Positions 51,047 to 63,820 of a stretch of 63,924 bases of DNA are shown piece after piece; positions within the stretch are counted from its first letter, which is position 1; each line of letters starts with the position of its first letter. Below the pieces are notes generated by a model. The model was not told the origin of the DNA. It did not search any database and saw nothing but the letters and a program-made list of their open reading frames with translations. Position numbers and translations under genes: made by a program. The stretch comes from Octopus bimaculoides (lineage: Eukaryota), in NCBI RefSeq assembly GCF_001194135.2, contig NC_068986.1, positions 24,314,437 to 24,378,360 of the forward strand. The letters run 5' to 3'.

Positions 51047-52863
51047 GTGAAAATCGTGGTAAGTTTACAAAACATTGACGAACATGAGTTATATTTTACT
51101 GAATGATTGTGTACTTGCACGTGTATGCTTTTGAGAGAGCGACAGAGGAAGAGGTAGAGAGAGGGAGAGAAAGGAATAAGGGTAGTTAAAAGTTTTCTTA
51201 TGACTGCTTCTCTTTACTGCCTATTACTTCATTAGAAATCTAAGGATGCACATAAGCACATAATAGAGAAAAATGAAACAAATATGGACGACTTGCTCCG
51301 AAACACCACCGAGTGGGGAACACTTCTCAATAATAATCTGCAGTTGTTTCTTTTAAAATTCTTACATGCGTGAAATGTACATACATCAAGGTACATTTGT
51401 ACAAAATTTCAAGANNNNNNNNNNNNNNNNNNNNNNNNNNNNNNNNNNNNNNNNNNNNNNNNNNNNNNNNNNNNNNNNNNNNNNNNNNNNNNNNNNNNNN
51501 NNNNNNNNNNNNNNNNNNNNNNNNNNNNNNNNNNNNNNNNNNNNNNNNNNNNNNNNNNNNNNNNNNNNNNNNNNNNNNNNNNNNNNNNNNNNNNNNNNNN
51601 NNNNNNNNNNNNNNNNNNNNNNNNNNNNNNNNNNNNNNNNNNNNNNNNNNNNNNNNNNNNNNNNNNNNNNNNNNNNNNNNNNNNNNNNNNNNNNNNNNNN
51701 NNNNNNNNNNNNNNNNNNNNNNNNNNNNNNNNNNNNNNNNNNNNNNNNNNNNNNNNNNNNNNNNNNNNNNNNNNNNNNNNNNNNNNNNNNNNNNNNNNNN
51801 NNNNNNNNNGGAAGAGGGGGAGAAATGAATAGAGATTGAGAGCAATGTGTATGTTGTTGTCACAGGTCATGTATGTGTGGTTGTGTGTGTTTTTACTTAT
51901 CTATGTTATGAAAAATAGGTAAAGAATACTGAGATGAAAGTTTAATCTATGACGTTGTATGTATCACTTTCTCTCTCTCTCCCTCTCCCTCTTTAACTCT
52001 TACTCTCTATATTTTTATGTTGAGCGCGTGTGTAAGAATGGCGTTCCAGGTAGCAGGGATGAAATATAAAAGTTGCTAGAAACAACAGCCAAATCTCCCT
52101 TAAATCACACAAAGTAAACGGAATTTAAAAAATCTAATTACTGCACTGGAAAGTTCAGATCGAGAAAATTCTATTGATGTCAAAAATTTTACGAAAAAGT
52201 GGAAAACGTGGATTTCTATAAACATTCAAAAAGGCTTCACACAAACACACAACTTCAGATTTATATATTAAGATTACCGGATCACACTATCATTATTCGG
52301 TATACGTTATAACACCTCTAATCACTTCTTGTTGCTTTTAAAAACTGGGAAGGACATATTAAATAATTCATCTGATTAGAAATATGGAATGGTCTTAAGT
52401 AGAATATCTTTGACCATTGTAACTCAGCTTTGATCAGAGTTTCATCCACATCAACATGCTTCACACAAAATGTTGATTATCCATCAACTATTTACAAGAA
52501 AGGTACAAGGACAAATAAGGGAAATGTAGTTATTATATATTGTGTTAGAGAATCTATACTTTGTACCAGGTGCTAGAGCTCATATGAGAAAGAATGTAAG
52601 AAATGGTGGTGGAACTTGAATTTAATTAAAATTCTGAAATGGCATATAGCGCAATGCTGTATATTTGAAGTATCGTAAGCAATGATGCACTCACTTCAAC
52701 AAATCAGTAAGATACAAGAATACAATAATAATTCAGAGAAATTATGTATCTTCATAATCGAAGAATGTTAGTTTGATATAGCAACCCTTCAACTACTGAT
52801 GCAAGGTTGCAAAATGTTTGAGAGTGATGCCAAACGTATTTCGAAATTTAGAAACATTGTAAT

Positions 52864-53048
52864 TACCGTATTTTAACGTGTATAACGAACCCTCGTGAAT
52901 AAGGAACCTCCTTTTTTTGGCGGGGAGGAGTAAAATTTGGAAACAAGATTTTGTAAGGGATTATAATACTATCCATGTATAAGAATTATATTTTTGGGGC
53001 CTAAGTTTTTACCAAAAAAGGGTTTCTTGTACACGTTAAAGTACGATA
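52864..53048. mobile_element. MITE with ~30-bp TIRs (Tc1/mariner-pogo type)
   Basis: taccgtattttaacgtgtataacgaaccct versus agggtttcttgtacacgttaaagtacgata; TA at both ends. Confidence 0.75.
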
Positions 53049-53059
53049 CATTCTCGAGT

Positions 53060-53280
53060 ATTGGCTGTTTGGTTAAGAAGTGCGTTTTGCATCCACATCA
53101 TTTCGAGTTCAATACAAAGGTGCGGAATATTTCTCAGTTATTTCCTACTATAGCCTCGATCTGAGTAATTCCTCTTGAGTGGGTTTGGCCAACAGAAACT
53201 GGGGTGTGTATAAATCTACATACACGCACGCATGTATGTGTGTGTATGTGTGTGTGTATTAGTACCCCCACCGCTTTACA
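53060..53280 (+). mobile_element. Degenerate family B SINE
   Basis: ggctgtttggttaagaag...actatagcctcg...gagtgggtttgg...gaaactg followed by a microsatellite. Confidence 0.5.
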
Positions 53281-53924
53281 ACAAGTATTGATTTGCCAAT
53301 GTTCCCATAACTTATCGGAGAGATAAATATAATGTATAGAATACGTGCCAGCTTTCTAAATGAAAAGGAAAGATACTGGAGCTGATTTGATTGTCCAAAT
53401 CCTTCCAGGCGGTGTCCCAACGTAGTCAATGTGCAATAACACAAGTAAGCAAACGAACATAAAATTATGAATACCTTTTGCACATTGTGAACAAAATATA
53501 CCAAGATGAGCTTATGTTTGAAGCAAAGGACAGATAACGTCCTATTTTACATAACATAACATCCGACTAAACTGTTTGTAAATCTTCTTTTCAACTACGA
53601 ACATTTCGCATGAATATAAAGATGGAGTCTATTGAAGAGGCCTACTACTAAATGAACTCGATCTTTCGGTCATTTCATCTTCAAAAGTGATTCTAGATCG
53701 TATCAAAAATATTGATTTTACGATTATAGTTAATGAATAATAAATAATGAATAATAACAAAGACCAAATTGCACAAAATATTAATAGTTAGCATTACGTT
53801 AGGCTAGCATTGGTTCTCTAATATATGCGCGCAACAACACACACGCACACATTCAGACAAATATCGGGAAGTTCCTCTGAAGGCAATTGAATGCTAACTA
53901 TTTAGAGATCAAGCGGGGAAGTCT

Positions 53925-53973
<49 letters not shown>

Positions 53974-54474
53974 TGTGTCTGTGTGTCTGTGTGTGTATGA
54001 AATATACTATTAATTGGCTTAACATTTATTTCGCAATCCATTATTCTACATATATATATATATATCCTTTGCATTGTTTTTATTATTTATGTTAAATGAA
54101 GTAAATGTCTTCATCGACTTATTGGCCCCTCTATCTGTTTAGGTGTTGTTCTATTCGTGTATCCATATATGTATTTATGCACGTGTGTATATCATGTTCC
54201 AGCACGGTAATTACTACTAGGTTGGTTAAAACAAAATAAAAAGGGATTAGAAATATTAAGACATTTATAATGCCTTTCTTCATTGGACGTGCTTTATATG
54301 TTTCTTAACGTTTGGCAAATACTCAATCAAATTATCATAAGCTGTTTTCGTTTGGCCCCAAAGACGTAGTCTTTAAGATTAAGAATGTGTTTTTACAATA
54401 TTATAATGGAGCACTTACTAAACCATCTAAATAGTAATCTGCGTGTTCGTTCGCGTGTTATACTTTAGTTAGTT

Positions 54475-54905
54475 AGAGAGGTGGAGTAAAAGTAAGAGAG
54501 AAAGGAGAGAAGTGTGAGCAGAGAAGAAAGAACTGATGATGAAGAAGAGAAAGATGTATTAAGGTGGCCAAAAGTGTCACATGATTAGTTGAAAGGAGAT
54601 ATGAAGAAAGAGAAAGCAAGACGGTGAGAGAAAAGAGGGTGACAGAACAGAGGGAGAAAGAAAAGAAGGAGTGACAAAAGAGGGAGTGAAAAGAGTTAAT
54701 GACGTGTTGTAGAGTGGGGAGGAAAAGGTAAAGAGAGAGAGAGAGACAGACAGACAGATAGACAGACAGACAGACAGAGATGTTTAGGATGCAATATTTA
54801 GCAGAGGGAGATGTTCAGGTGGTGACGTTAAAGAAAGGCAAATATAGAGAAATGAAGAGGGGAGGCAGTTACATTGAGAGGGAGAGGGGAGGAGAGGAAG
54901 ATAAC
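54475..54905 (+). repeat. Purine-rich (GA) low-complexity tract
   Basis: Strongly strand-asymmetric AG composition, including (GA)n and (GACA)n. Confidence 0.75.
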
Positions 54906-55224
54906 GTTTGTATTTTCAGAGCAGAGATACATCGACAAGAAAAAGTAGATGTAAACAAACAGTTGAACTGAAATGGAATGAAATGAGCTTTGTTACTCAA
55001 AACTATGGTGGTGGTGTATTGATAGCATAAATTACTGTTTTATTGAACTAAATCTATAATATTATTCTTTTCCCTGTTCACACTTTACACTTTAGTTTTT
55101 AGAGAGGAGGAAGTGGAGTGAGAGAGAGAGAAAGAAAAAATGTGAGAGTGAGTGAGGGAGCAGATGCATTATGCTGTCGCTCATGTAGTTTGTGGTAGAC
55201 AAGATAGGTGAAGATAATGAGAAA

Positions 55225-55490
55225 AACCACTACGCCATATGCTCGTGGGCATATGGCGTAGTGGTTAAGAGTGCGGGCTACTAACCCCAAGATACCGAGT
55301 TCGATAATAATAATAACAACAACAACAACAACATCGAAAAATACCTTAGGAATGAGAACCCAGGTTCGAAATTTCCTCAAGACACCTGATGAAGGCTGGA
55401 GGGTTTATCAGCCGAAACGTTGTGTTAACAACAAGCAAGTTGAGGACAAATATCCGTCAATTGTAAGTAATGTAAAGAATGAGAAAAATG
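55225..55490 (+). mobile_element. SINE-like element: 5' fold-back, tRNA-like head, (AAT/AAC)n linker and hammerhead-containing PLE-type 3' part
   Basis: A-box TGGCGTAGTGG, B-box GAGTTCGAT and a hammerhead core at 55386-55421. Confidence 0.8.
55381..55426 (+). ncRNA. Minimal type I hammerhead ribozyme (dimer-acting PLE type)
   Basis: Stem I GACAC/GTGTT; core CTGATGA; extra A; stem II GGCTG/CAGCC; GAAA; loopless palindromic stem III (AACGTT); GUU cleavage triplet with predicted cut after 55421. Confidence 0.75.
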
Positions 55491-55625
55491 TTAGACGTGA
55501 AGAAGGGTATTACATGGTTAACAAGTTTATTGAAGAGGTAGAGAGAAAGAGAGTAACATAAAGTGCTTAGTAGAGGGAAATTTTAAAATCATATATTATT
55601 GTGACTGGAAGTGAAATAACATCGG

Positions 55626-55759
55626 TGTAGGGGTGGCTCCGTGGAGTTCCGGGTTCAGTCTCACTGCGTGGTACCTTGGGCAAGTGTCCTCTACTATAGT
55701 CTCGGGCCGAACAAAGACTTATGAGTGAATTTGGTCGGCGGAAACTGAAAGAAGCTCGT

Positions 55760-55824
<65 letters not shown>

Positions 55825-56054
55825 ATGTTTGTGTGTCTGTGTTTGTCCCCACCCCCACATCGCTTGACAACCGATGCTGTTGTGCTTACGTCCCGTCTCC
55901 GTAACTTAGTGGTTCTGCAAAAGAGACCGATGGAATAAGTATTGGGCTTAGAAATAATAAGTCCTGGGGTCGATTTGCTCGACTAAAGCGGTGCTCCAGC
56001 ATGGCCACAGTCAGAATGACTGAAACAAGTAAAAGAGTAAAAGAGTAAAGAGAG
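55626..56054 (+). mobile_element. CORE-like SINE, family B, near full length
   Basis: ccgggttcagtctcactgcgtggtaccttgggcaagtgtcctctactatag, internal (TA)(TG) microsatellite, (gagtaaaa)n tail. Confidence 0.9.
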
Positions 56055-56332
56055 TAACTAACGAAAATAAAAATACAAATGCAAATCATCCTTTCTTTCT
56101 TAAATAGATTATCTTAATCGTTTTCGTTCTGTGAAATTTAAAGGGGTCTCACATGTATTGTAATATTATATAATATAAGAATATTATATATCATAATGGA
56201 GTTCTTATTAAAACATGGCTAATGTTATATTTATAGAATGAAATAACAGTGCTTATGGAAAGACGACTATGCTCTTGGAAAATTATTAAAATATTGATAT
56301 ATGATTGTTATTATTACTAACTTCACACTAAA

Positions 56333-56376
56333 TGAAAGTAGTATTTTCGTGGAAATCCACGAAAATACTACTTTCA
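56333..56376. other. Perfect 21-bp inverted repeat with a 2-nt spacer
   Basis: tgaaagtagtattttcgtgga-aa-tccacgaaaatactactttca. Confidence 0.95.
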
Positions 56377-58322
56377 GTCTACGTTATGGTATCTATTGCC
56401 TAGGCAAATGGAATATTTTTATTATCAGCAAAAACTGTTCTTTAAAATAACTTACGTTTAGTATAAAAGTTTTAGTAAAATCACAGAAACTAAATATGAT
56501 TTTCAAGATTTGAATATAGAGTTCTCTGGCAACAGAGTTTTTATTCGTTGAACTTGAACTGCACCACGAATAACATTTCTTGTTAGTGTAATAGCTGTTG
56601 TTTTACATAGAAATAATAGCGTTTGGGTTTAGTATAATAGTTTGCTTTTGTTTTTAATTGCCATGTGCCCTGAAATAAATTTTAAAACGAAACACTGAGA
56701 AATAGAAGCTCATGATGCTTTGGAAAATATTGGATAAAATAGTGACTTTTTTCTCTTTTTATGCTTTGGAAGATGTATAGTCGACGAAGCTAATTTTAGG
56801 AGGGGGGGGGGCGAAATTCAGATGATAAAATTAGCAAAATTGATGTCCTCATTTCCACTCATAAGTAACAACCAGAAACTTTACTATAATCTATTTCCCA
56901 GACACATTACTCATCCACTTCGATTAAAATGTCTCTTCTGTCATACATTCTATATACGCATTGTAGCAACCCCAACTGGATAAAAGATATAAACAGCCTT
57001 GGTTGCATTTGAATTCAAAATACATAACTAAATATCGCAAGAACAACTTTAGTATCACCGTCTTCATCATCCTCTTCTAATCGATATCAAATATTGTTTT
57101 CCGTCCACTCACTTATCGAGCAGCTGCGTATTATAATACTTTTAGAAACCACATAAAAGTAGTACAGTGGACATATTTTATTATATCTGGTGGCTACAAC
57201 ACTAGTCAATATATTATTTTATATACATATTATCTGTCTTTGTTCTTGAACTCCATGTTTCAACTTTATAAGTGAGGCGCGTTCTAGTCATTGGTATAGA
57301 CCGAGTTGTTTGTTCGCTTTATCTTCCAAATGATGAGACGGCTTCTTTTTATACCATTTTGTTGATAAATAGATTATTTCTCTGCCAGATACATGTTAGG
57401 TAGAATTTATGCCTCAGTATCTCTTCTGATATCCCACTTATATTCTTATATAATTTGGGTTATTACTTTTTGTCAAACCTACGTTTATTCACATTTATAT
57501 TTTCTGGCATGTTCCTATTCAGATAATTCATTAATGATAAAAAAAATAAAACAGAAATACTCTTTGCTTAGGTATGAATATTACATGCTAACGGCTTGTG
57601 GACGTTATCATAATTCTCCTATTGAGTACTAATAAATATTAACATTTGAAGGTAAAATATGATTAAATGTCGAGGGCTTTTGTTTAAAGCAAGGAACTAA
57701 TATTTATTTCATAGGACAACACATAAAAATCATTTTATGTTAGCTTGGTATTTCATGCTTTGCTAGACAAAGCTTTACAGTTGCATTTTGCAGTAGAATT
57801 GATTGTGTTTATATTGGCACCAAAAGAATTAGCAGGAGGAAAATATGTCCTCGATTCAATAATTATTTTGAATATCATACATAAATCATGCGCAAGCATT
57901 CTGGTTTCCATATCTATAGCAAGTGTGGTATAAGGCTTCATTAGGATTTTTCTTCCAATGGACCAAAATGCGAAGTTGTCACGTTCAGCAATTCATCTCC
58001 AAAATTCTATGTTGTTTAGCCATGCATAATATCCCTCTTTCTCAGTTGGCAAGCCACAGTATTCTTTTATGAGACTCAACTGAAACAACAGAAGTGTTGT
58101 TAGTTTATGATACACTAAGAATATGAAATAATCCGAACTGAAAATAGCGCTAAATCTGTTCCACATGCTTATATTATTTATCAAATACCTTCTGATTCAA
58201 TTATTTATGATAAGGATCGAAGCAATAATGCCTTCACAATAAAAGAAATCTGATTGAAGTATAATTCAAATTATAACTTCGATACATGCTTATGTATGAG
58301 TGTTTGTGCGTTTATACACGCA

Positions 58323-59545
58323 TATGAGGGTCGGCTGAAAAGTTCATAGGCTGACCAAGATATTCTCATGGAATGTGATGAATATGATTTATTTTTCGAT
58401 ATATTCCCCCCTGCAGTCTCTTCTCCCATCGGTGTTACAGCGTTGGTATCTCAATGGTGAAACGACATCAACACCAGGTATGAGGTCGTGATCATTGCGA
58501 TACTGGTACCCAGGCAAGTACATTTTACATGTTGGGGAAGAGAAGGGGCCAATCAGGAGAACAGGGAGGGTGACCAACCAGTTCAGATCCACTGTCACTC
58601 ACAGCAGTCATTGAAACCAAGTATCTGAGTACTGGAGCATTATCCTAATGGAACAAGATCCTTTACATCAGTTTTCCTCGGCGTTTGCTCATGATAGCCT
58701 TTCAAAACTGCCTCAGCAAGTTAGCATAGTACCCTCCATTGATGGCGCGGCCCTTTTCGAGATAGTCAGTAAACACAATGCCCTTTGCATCCAAAACAAC
58801 TGAGGCCATCAACTTCCCAGGGGATGAAACGATCTTAGCCTTCTTTGGAGTAGGTGAAGGGGGATTCCGCTGCATGGATTATCAGTTTGCCTCTGGCTCA
58901 AAATGTGGAACATAACACTCGTCCTGGGTTAGGAATCGTTCAAGAAAACCAGCTGGATTTGCCTCAAACAATCTCAAATATTCCCTTGATGTGATCAACC
59001 GAATGCCTTTTTTGATCAGGTGTCAGAAGACGGGACCTCCTCCAAGCAGGAACTTTCGTCATGCCAAGTTCATTGTGCCGAATTTTCTCACGAGATACGC
59101 TAATAGCAGTGGTTATTTGATTTATAGTCAATCGCCTGTCATCCCTCAGTGTGTGGTGAACATGATCAGTGTTTTCCTCGGCGGTGGCAGATCTTTGGAT
59201 CATCTTCAGGAATATCCCTTCCCGTCCGAAATTCAGCTGCCCACTTTTTCACTGCTGTTGCTAAACTTCGAGCGCCATCCCCAAATGTAGTAACATGTCT
59301 GCATGAATGCCCCTGGGTTGCTAAACCCTTTATCTGAAGGTACATGTTAACACGTTGCCAAATGTTCTAATGGATTTTCAAGAGAAGTTACTTTTCAAGA
59401 CTTCTTCCAGCAGTCAGATGTCAGCCAAGCTGGAAAGAAACAACGCAGTTATTAATAAAATTGTGGAACCAAAGCATGCATGATTTCACAGCTCTAGCGT
59501 CACTCTTTTATGGCAGGCCTACGGACTTTTCAGTCCAGCTTTCTG
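58323..59545 (-). mobile_element. Decayed mariner, same family as 20817-21994
   Basis: TIR-like tatgagggtcggctgaaaagttcataggctgacc; fragments DDRRLTINQI..HNELGMTKV..RLLTPDQK, RFLTQDEC, GKLMASVVLDAKGIVFTDYLEKG. Confidence 0.85.
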
Positions 59546-59893
59546 CAAATATACCTACATAAATACAAACACACAAAACGTAAATACACATATGTAAACA
59601 TACATATATACATACATACGTGCATACATGCATACATATATGCACACATACACACACACATACATACATAATACATACATACATACATAATACATACATA
59701 CATACATAATATATACATACATGTGTTTATATACTTGTTTGTAATGTAAATGTATAAGTGGCAATGAAATTATGTTTCAATATAATCTGAGAGATTATGC
59801 ATGAGATAAACGTGCCTAATATTATAGTTTTAGCTAACAGATTAAGGCAGGCTCTGTTAACAAATATTCATGTATCGTTTTCTTTTATAAATA

Positions 59894-60297
59894 GTTCGGC
59901 CGACGTTGTCGATGATAACCAAGGACATCACATAGAAGACGGAGCACGGTGTGCCTGTTGGGGCCAATCAATTGATGTGTGATCGGATGACTCTGCTGCA
60001 GATCCGTCACTGGTGGTCTGCTAGGGGGACTTGGTTCTGGACTTGTGAAGTTCACGTTTTCTATGTATCCCGGTAAACGTGTTCTGTTCGTAGAAGGTTG
60101 CACCTCTGTTGGTGCGCTTGCATTTCCCAAATGTCGGCGTTGATGTCAACGGTTTTCAGCGAGGTTTTGACTGCATCGTTGAAGTGGTTTCGTGTCTACC
60201 TTGCGTGCGCTTGCCTTCCGGCAGTTCTCACAAAACAGAACCTTGGGAAGTCGCGTGTCAGGCATTCGCACAAGGTAGCCTGCACCCCGTAACTTGC
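59894..60297 (-). mobile_element. RTE-like LINE 3' fragment
   Basis: Frameshifted GYLVRMPDTRLPKVLF..PEGKRTQGRH..FNDAVKTSLKTVDINADIWEMQA..GATFYEQN, typical of the RTE ORF2 C-terminus, then a short 3' UTR. Confidence 0.85.
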
Positions 60298-60606
60298 TTT
60301 CTTCTCAATACTATATAAAAAACTTGTCACATCACCTCGAGAGAGGACCCCCGTGTCTGGGACATTTCAATAGCTTTGTCAAGCAGTTCATGTGAAAGCG
60401 ATTTAACTTTTTGCTGTGGCCTTCATATACCGCCCAAGTCTCGCAGGCGTATAGTACCATATACCGTACAATTGCTTGCCAACGTAATGCCTCTCCTACA
60501 CACTAACACCCAAATTGTATATTATATTGCTTATATGAATGTGTGTGTGCATGGGTGTATGTGTAGATAGATAAATCGATAGATAGATATTTGCATACAT
60601 ATATCC

Positions 60607-60750
60607 TTTTCCTTTAATCTTTTATTTTTTCTAAGCCTAGTACTTATTCTATCAGACCCTTTTATCGGACTGCTATGTTACGGGAAGGTAAACACACCAA
60701 CATCGGTTGTCAAGCGATGGTGGGGTAACAAACACAGGCACACAAAGACA
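60607..60750 (-). mobile_element. Family B SINE, 3' part
   Basis: aagcctagtacttattctatc...acaccaacatcggttgtcaagcgatg. Confidence 0.8.
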
Positions 60751-63046
60751 TACATACATACATANNNNNNNNNNNNNNNNNNNNNNNNNNNNNNNNNNNN
60801 NNNNNNNNNNNNNNNNNNNNNNNNNNNNNNNNNNNNNNNNNNNNNNNNNNNNNNNNNNNNNNNNNNNNNNNNNNNNNNNNNNNNNNNNNNNNNNNNNNNN
60901 NNNNNNNNNNNNNNNNNNNNNNNNNNNNNNNNNNNNNNNNNNNNNNNNNNNNNNNNNNNNNNNNNNNNNNNNNNNNNNNNNNNNNNNNNNNNNNNNNNNN
61001 NNNNNNNNNNNNNNNNNNNNNNNNNNNNNNNNNNNNNNNNNNNNNNNNNNNNNNNNNNNNNNNNNNNNNNNNNNNNNNNNNNNNNNNNNNNNNNNNNNNN
61101 NNNNNNNNNNNNNNNNNNNNNNNNNNNNNNNNNNNNNNNNNNNNNNNNNNNNNNNNNNNNNNNNNNNNNNNNNNNNNNNNNNNNNNNNNNNNNNNNNNNN
61201 NNNNNNNNNNNNNNNNNNNCGAAGAATCGATATATTGCAGCTCCTAAATCTGCATTTACGAGCGGAGATGTCTTGTAACTCAGCAGGCAACTGAAAACTT
61301 AAGGCATGCGCAATCGAAAACTACTTTTAAGCTAGCCATCACTCGAAAGAGTAACGCATGAATAATTGAAGCTTACCTCCCATCCTAGATGACAGCAGGA
61401 AGCTAAGTTATAAACCATTCATTTCGATCATGCCTTGACGTTCTATTGCCAATCAGTAATTCATTCATGTACGCATTGTTGTAGGATTTTAAGTTTCTTT
61501 ATTACTCTTTCAAGTTATTTACTTGTGGCGCGGAGAGTTTGTAAATGAGTGCCTAATGTTACTTCCATTCTTCACTTAATTCTGTTTCTATTTTTCTTTC
61601 TTTTACTTATTTAGCAAATTATGTAAACGCAATGTAGTTCACTTTCTCGTAATAAGAAGAACCTAACAGCGGAAAACTAATTCTTACATTATTTGACTAA
61701 AGTAGGCAAACCCTTCACGAGTAAATTTAAACCTGCAGTTTATAGAACATATAAACAGTTACGTTAAATTATTTCTTGTCATTAATTCATCTCTTCGTCA
61801 CAACTGCCATTTAGAGATTAAAAAATATAGCCTCAGTGTGGAGTTTTTGAAATAAGCGTTTGTTGATCTAAACAACCCACGTACCGCAATGGATGTCAAT
61901 GAAAAGTCACTTATCCATTTGCAAACATATTTTAAGTTGAAAGAATTTTGGGATACAGATTAAATAGATTTGGCGATTGCTAGCAGATGCTACATGCTTT
62001 TATCAGATGAAAAGGAGTTTTAAAAAAGGGAGTTAGTTCAAAAACATAAAGTAAAATAACTCGCTCTCTGGAAATGCAAAATGTTTTGCTTTTTTTTCTT
62101 CGTTCTTCGTGGTTATGATGAAATTTGGATACATGAAAATAAGAACTATACGGAGTTATCCTTGTGTGTCGAAGCTAAAATTTATGAAAAATTGCAAAAC
62201 CATTTAAAATTTCGAACTGTTTTTAAAAAGGTTTTCCTCAATTACTCACGACAATGTGATTCTGTCTTTTAGCAATGATTTTGAATAAAAAAAATAACGA
62301 NNNNNNNNNNNNNNNNNNNNNNNNNNNNNNNNNNNNNNNNNNNNNNNNNNNNNNNNNNNNNNNNNNNNNNNNNNNNNNNNNNNNNNNNNNNNNNNNNNNN
62401 NNNNNNNNNNNNNNNNNNNNNNNNNNNNNNNNNNNNNNNNNNNNNNNNNNNNNNNNNNNNNNNNNNNNNNNNNNNNNNNNNNNNNNNNNNNNNNNNNNNN
62501 NNNNNNNNNNNNNNNNNNNNNNNNNNNNNNNNNNNNNNNNNNNNNNNNNNNNNNNNNNNNNNNNNNNNNNNNNNNNNNNNNNNNNNNNNNNNNNNNNNNN
62601 NNNNNNNNNNNNNNNNNNNNNNNNNNNNNNNNNNNNNNNNNNNNNNNNNNNNNNNNNNNNNNNNNNNNNNNNNNNNNNNNNNNNNNNNNNNNNNNNNNNN
62701 NNNNNNNNNNNNNNNNNNNNNNNNNNNNNNNNNNNNNNNNNNNNNNNNNNNNNNNNNNNNNNNNNNNNNNNNNNNNNNNNNNNNNNNNNNNNNNNNNNNN
62801 NNNNNNNNNNNNNNNNNNNNNNNNNNNNNNNNNNNNNNNNNNNNNNNNNNNNNNNNNNNNNNNNNNNNNNNNNNNNNNNNNNNNNNNNNNNNNNNNNNNN
62901 NNNNNNNNNNNNNNNNNNNNNNNNNNNNNNNNNNNNNNNNNNNNNNNNNNNNNNNNNNNNNNNNNNNNNNNNNNNNNNNNNNNNNNNNNNNNNNNNNNNN
63001 NNNNNNNNNNNNNNNNNNNNNNNNNNNNNNNNNNNNNNNNNNNNNN

Positions 63047-63081
<35 letters not shown>

Positions 63082-63103
63082 TGAAGTATATTTGCCACTT
63101 AAA

Positions 63104-63390
63104 TGTGGCTGACCCCTAAGGGTGGATGTTACTGTTGCTTTTTGCCCCAGGAGAACATCTCCTCCAGCTGGCTATCGACACACATCTGTCTCCTGTCTGT
63201 ATTTGAAAAGAGAAGTTATCTTTCCCATCTTGATCTGCGATACGTACGGACTCGAGTTTCTGGGTATTTTCCCATCCTTAGCGTACGAGAATCGCCGACC
63301 TTCAATGCGAAAGATATTTCTTTGCAAATATCTATAGCTTTTTCCAGTGAAATTATTCACTGATCTCAAACACTTGACTCTAAGAAATGG
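63104..63390 (-). mobile_element. Possible non-LTR element C-terminus and 3' UTR
   Basis: GC-richer block; minus frame KAIDICKEISFALK weakly resembles the ends of RLE-type ORFs. Confidence 0.3.
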
Positions 63391-63820
63391 TCTTACTTAC
63401 TCCTTAGTCCACACATATATGTATACATACACATATACACATATGTATACATACATATATACTCATATATGTATACACATACATGTATATACACATATAT
63501 GTATACATACATACATACATACATACATACATACANNNNNNNNNNTATATATATACAGAGAGAGAGAGAGAGAGAGAGACTCACACATACGTGAAAGCAT
63601 TGTTTTATGGTTGGGACATTTCAGTCACCACAATGCAGATTTCGGGTGTTCGGTGATAAACTGTCGTGTATGTATGTGATTGTAAACTCTTATACCATTT
63701 AAAGAAGTTGGCGCTAAATTAGAGCAAAATCTTAATGATTCTTAAGATGAATTTAAAAAATAAATTCTTGCGTCGATATGATCTCCAGAAACCGTAATCC
63801 AATGAGAGAAAATATTACTG

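Noticed and set aside
55247-55305. Functional tRNA gene
   Set aside because: The T-arm is cut off after GTTCGAT and there is no 3' acceptor strand; it is an element head
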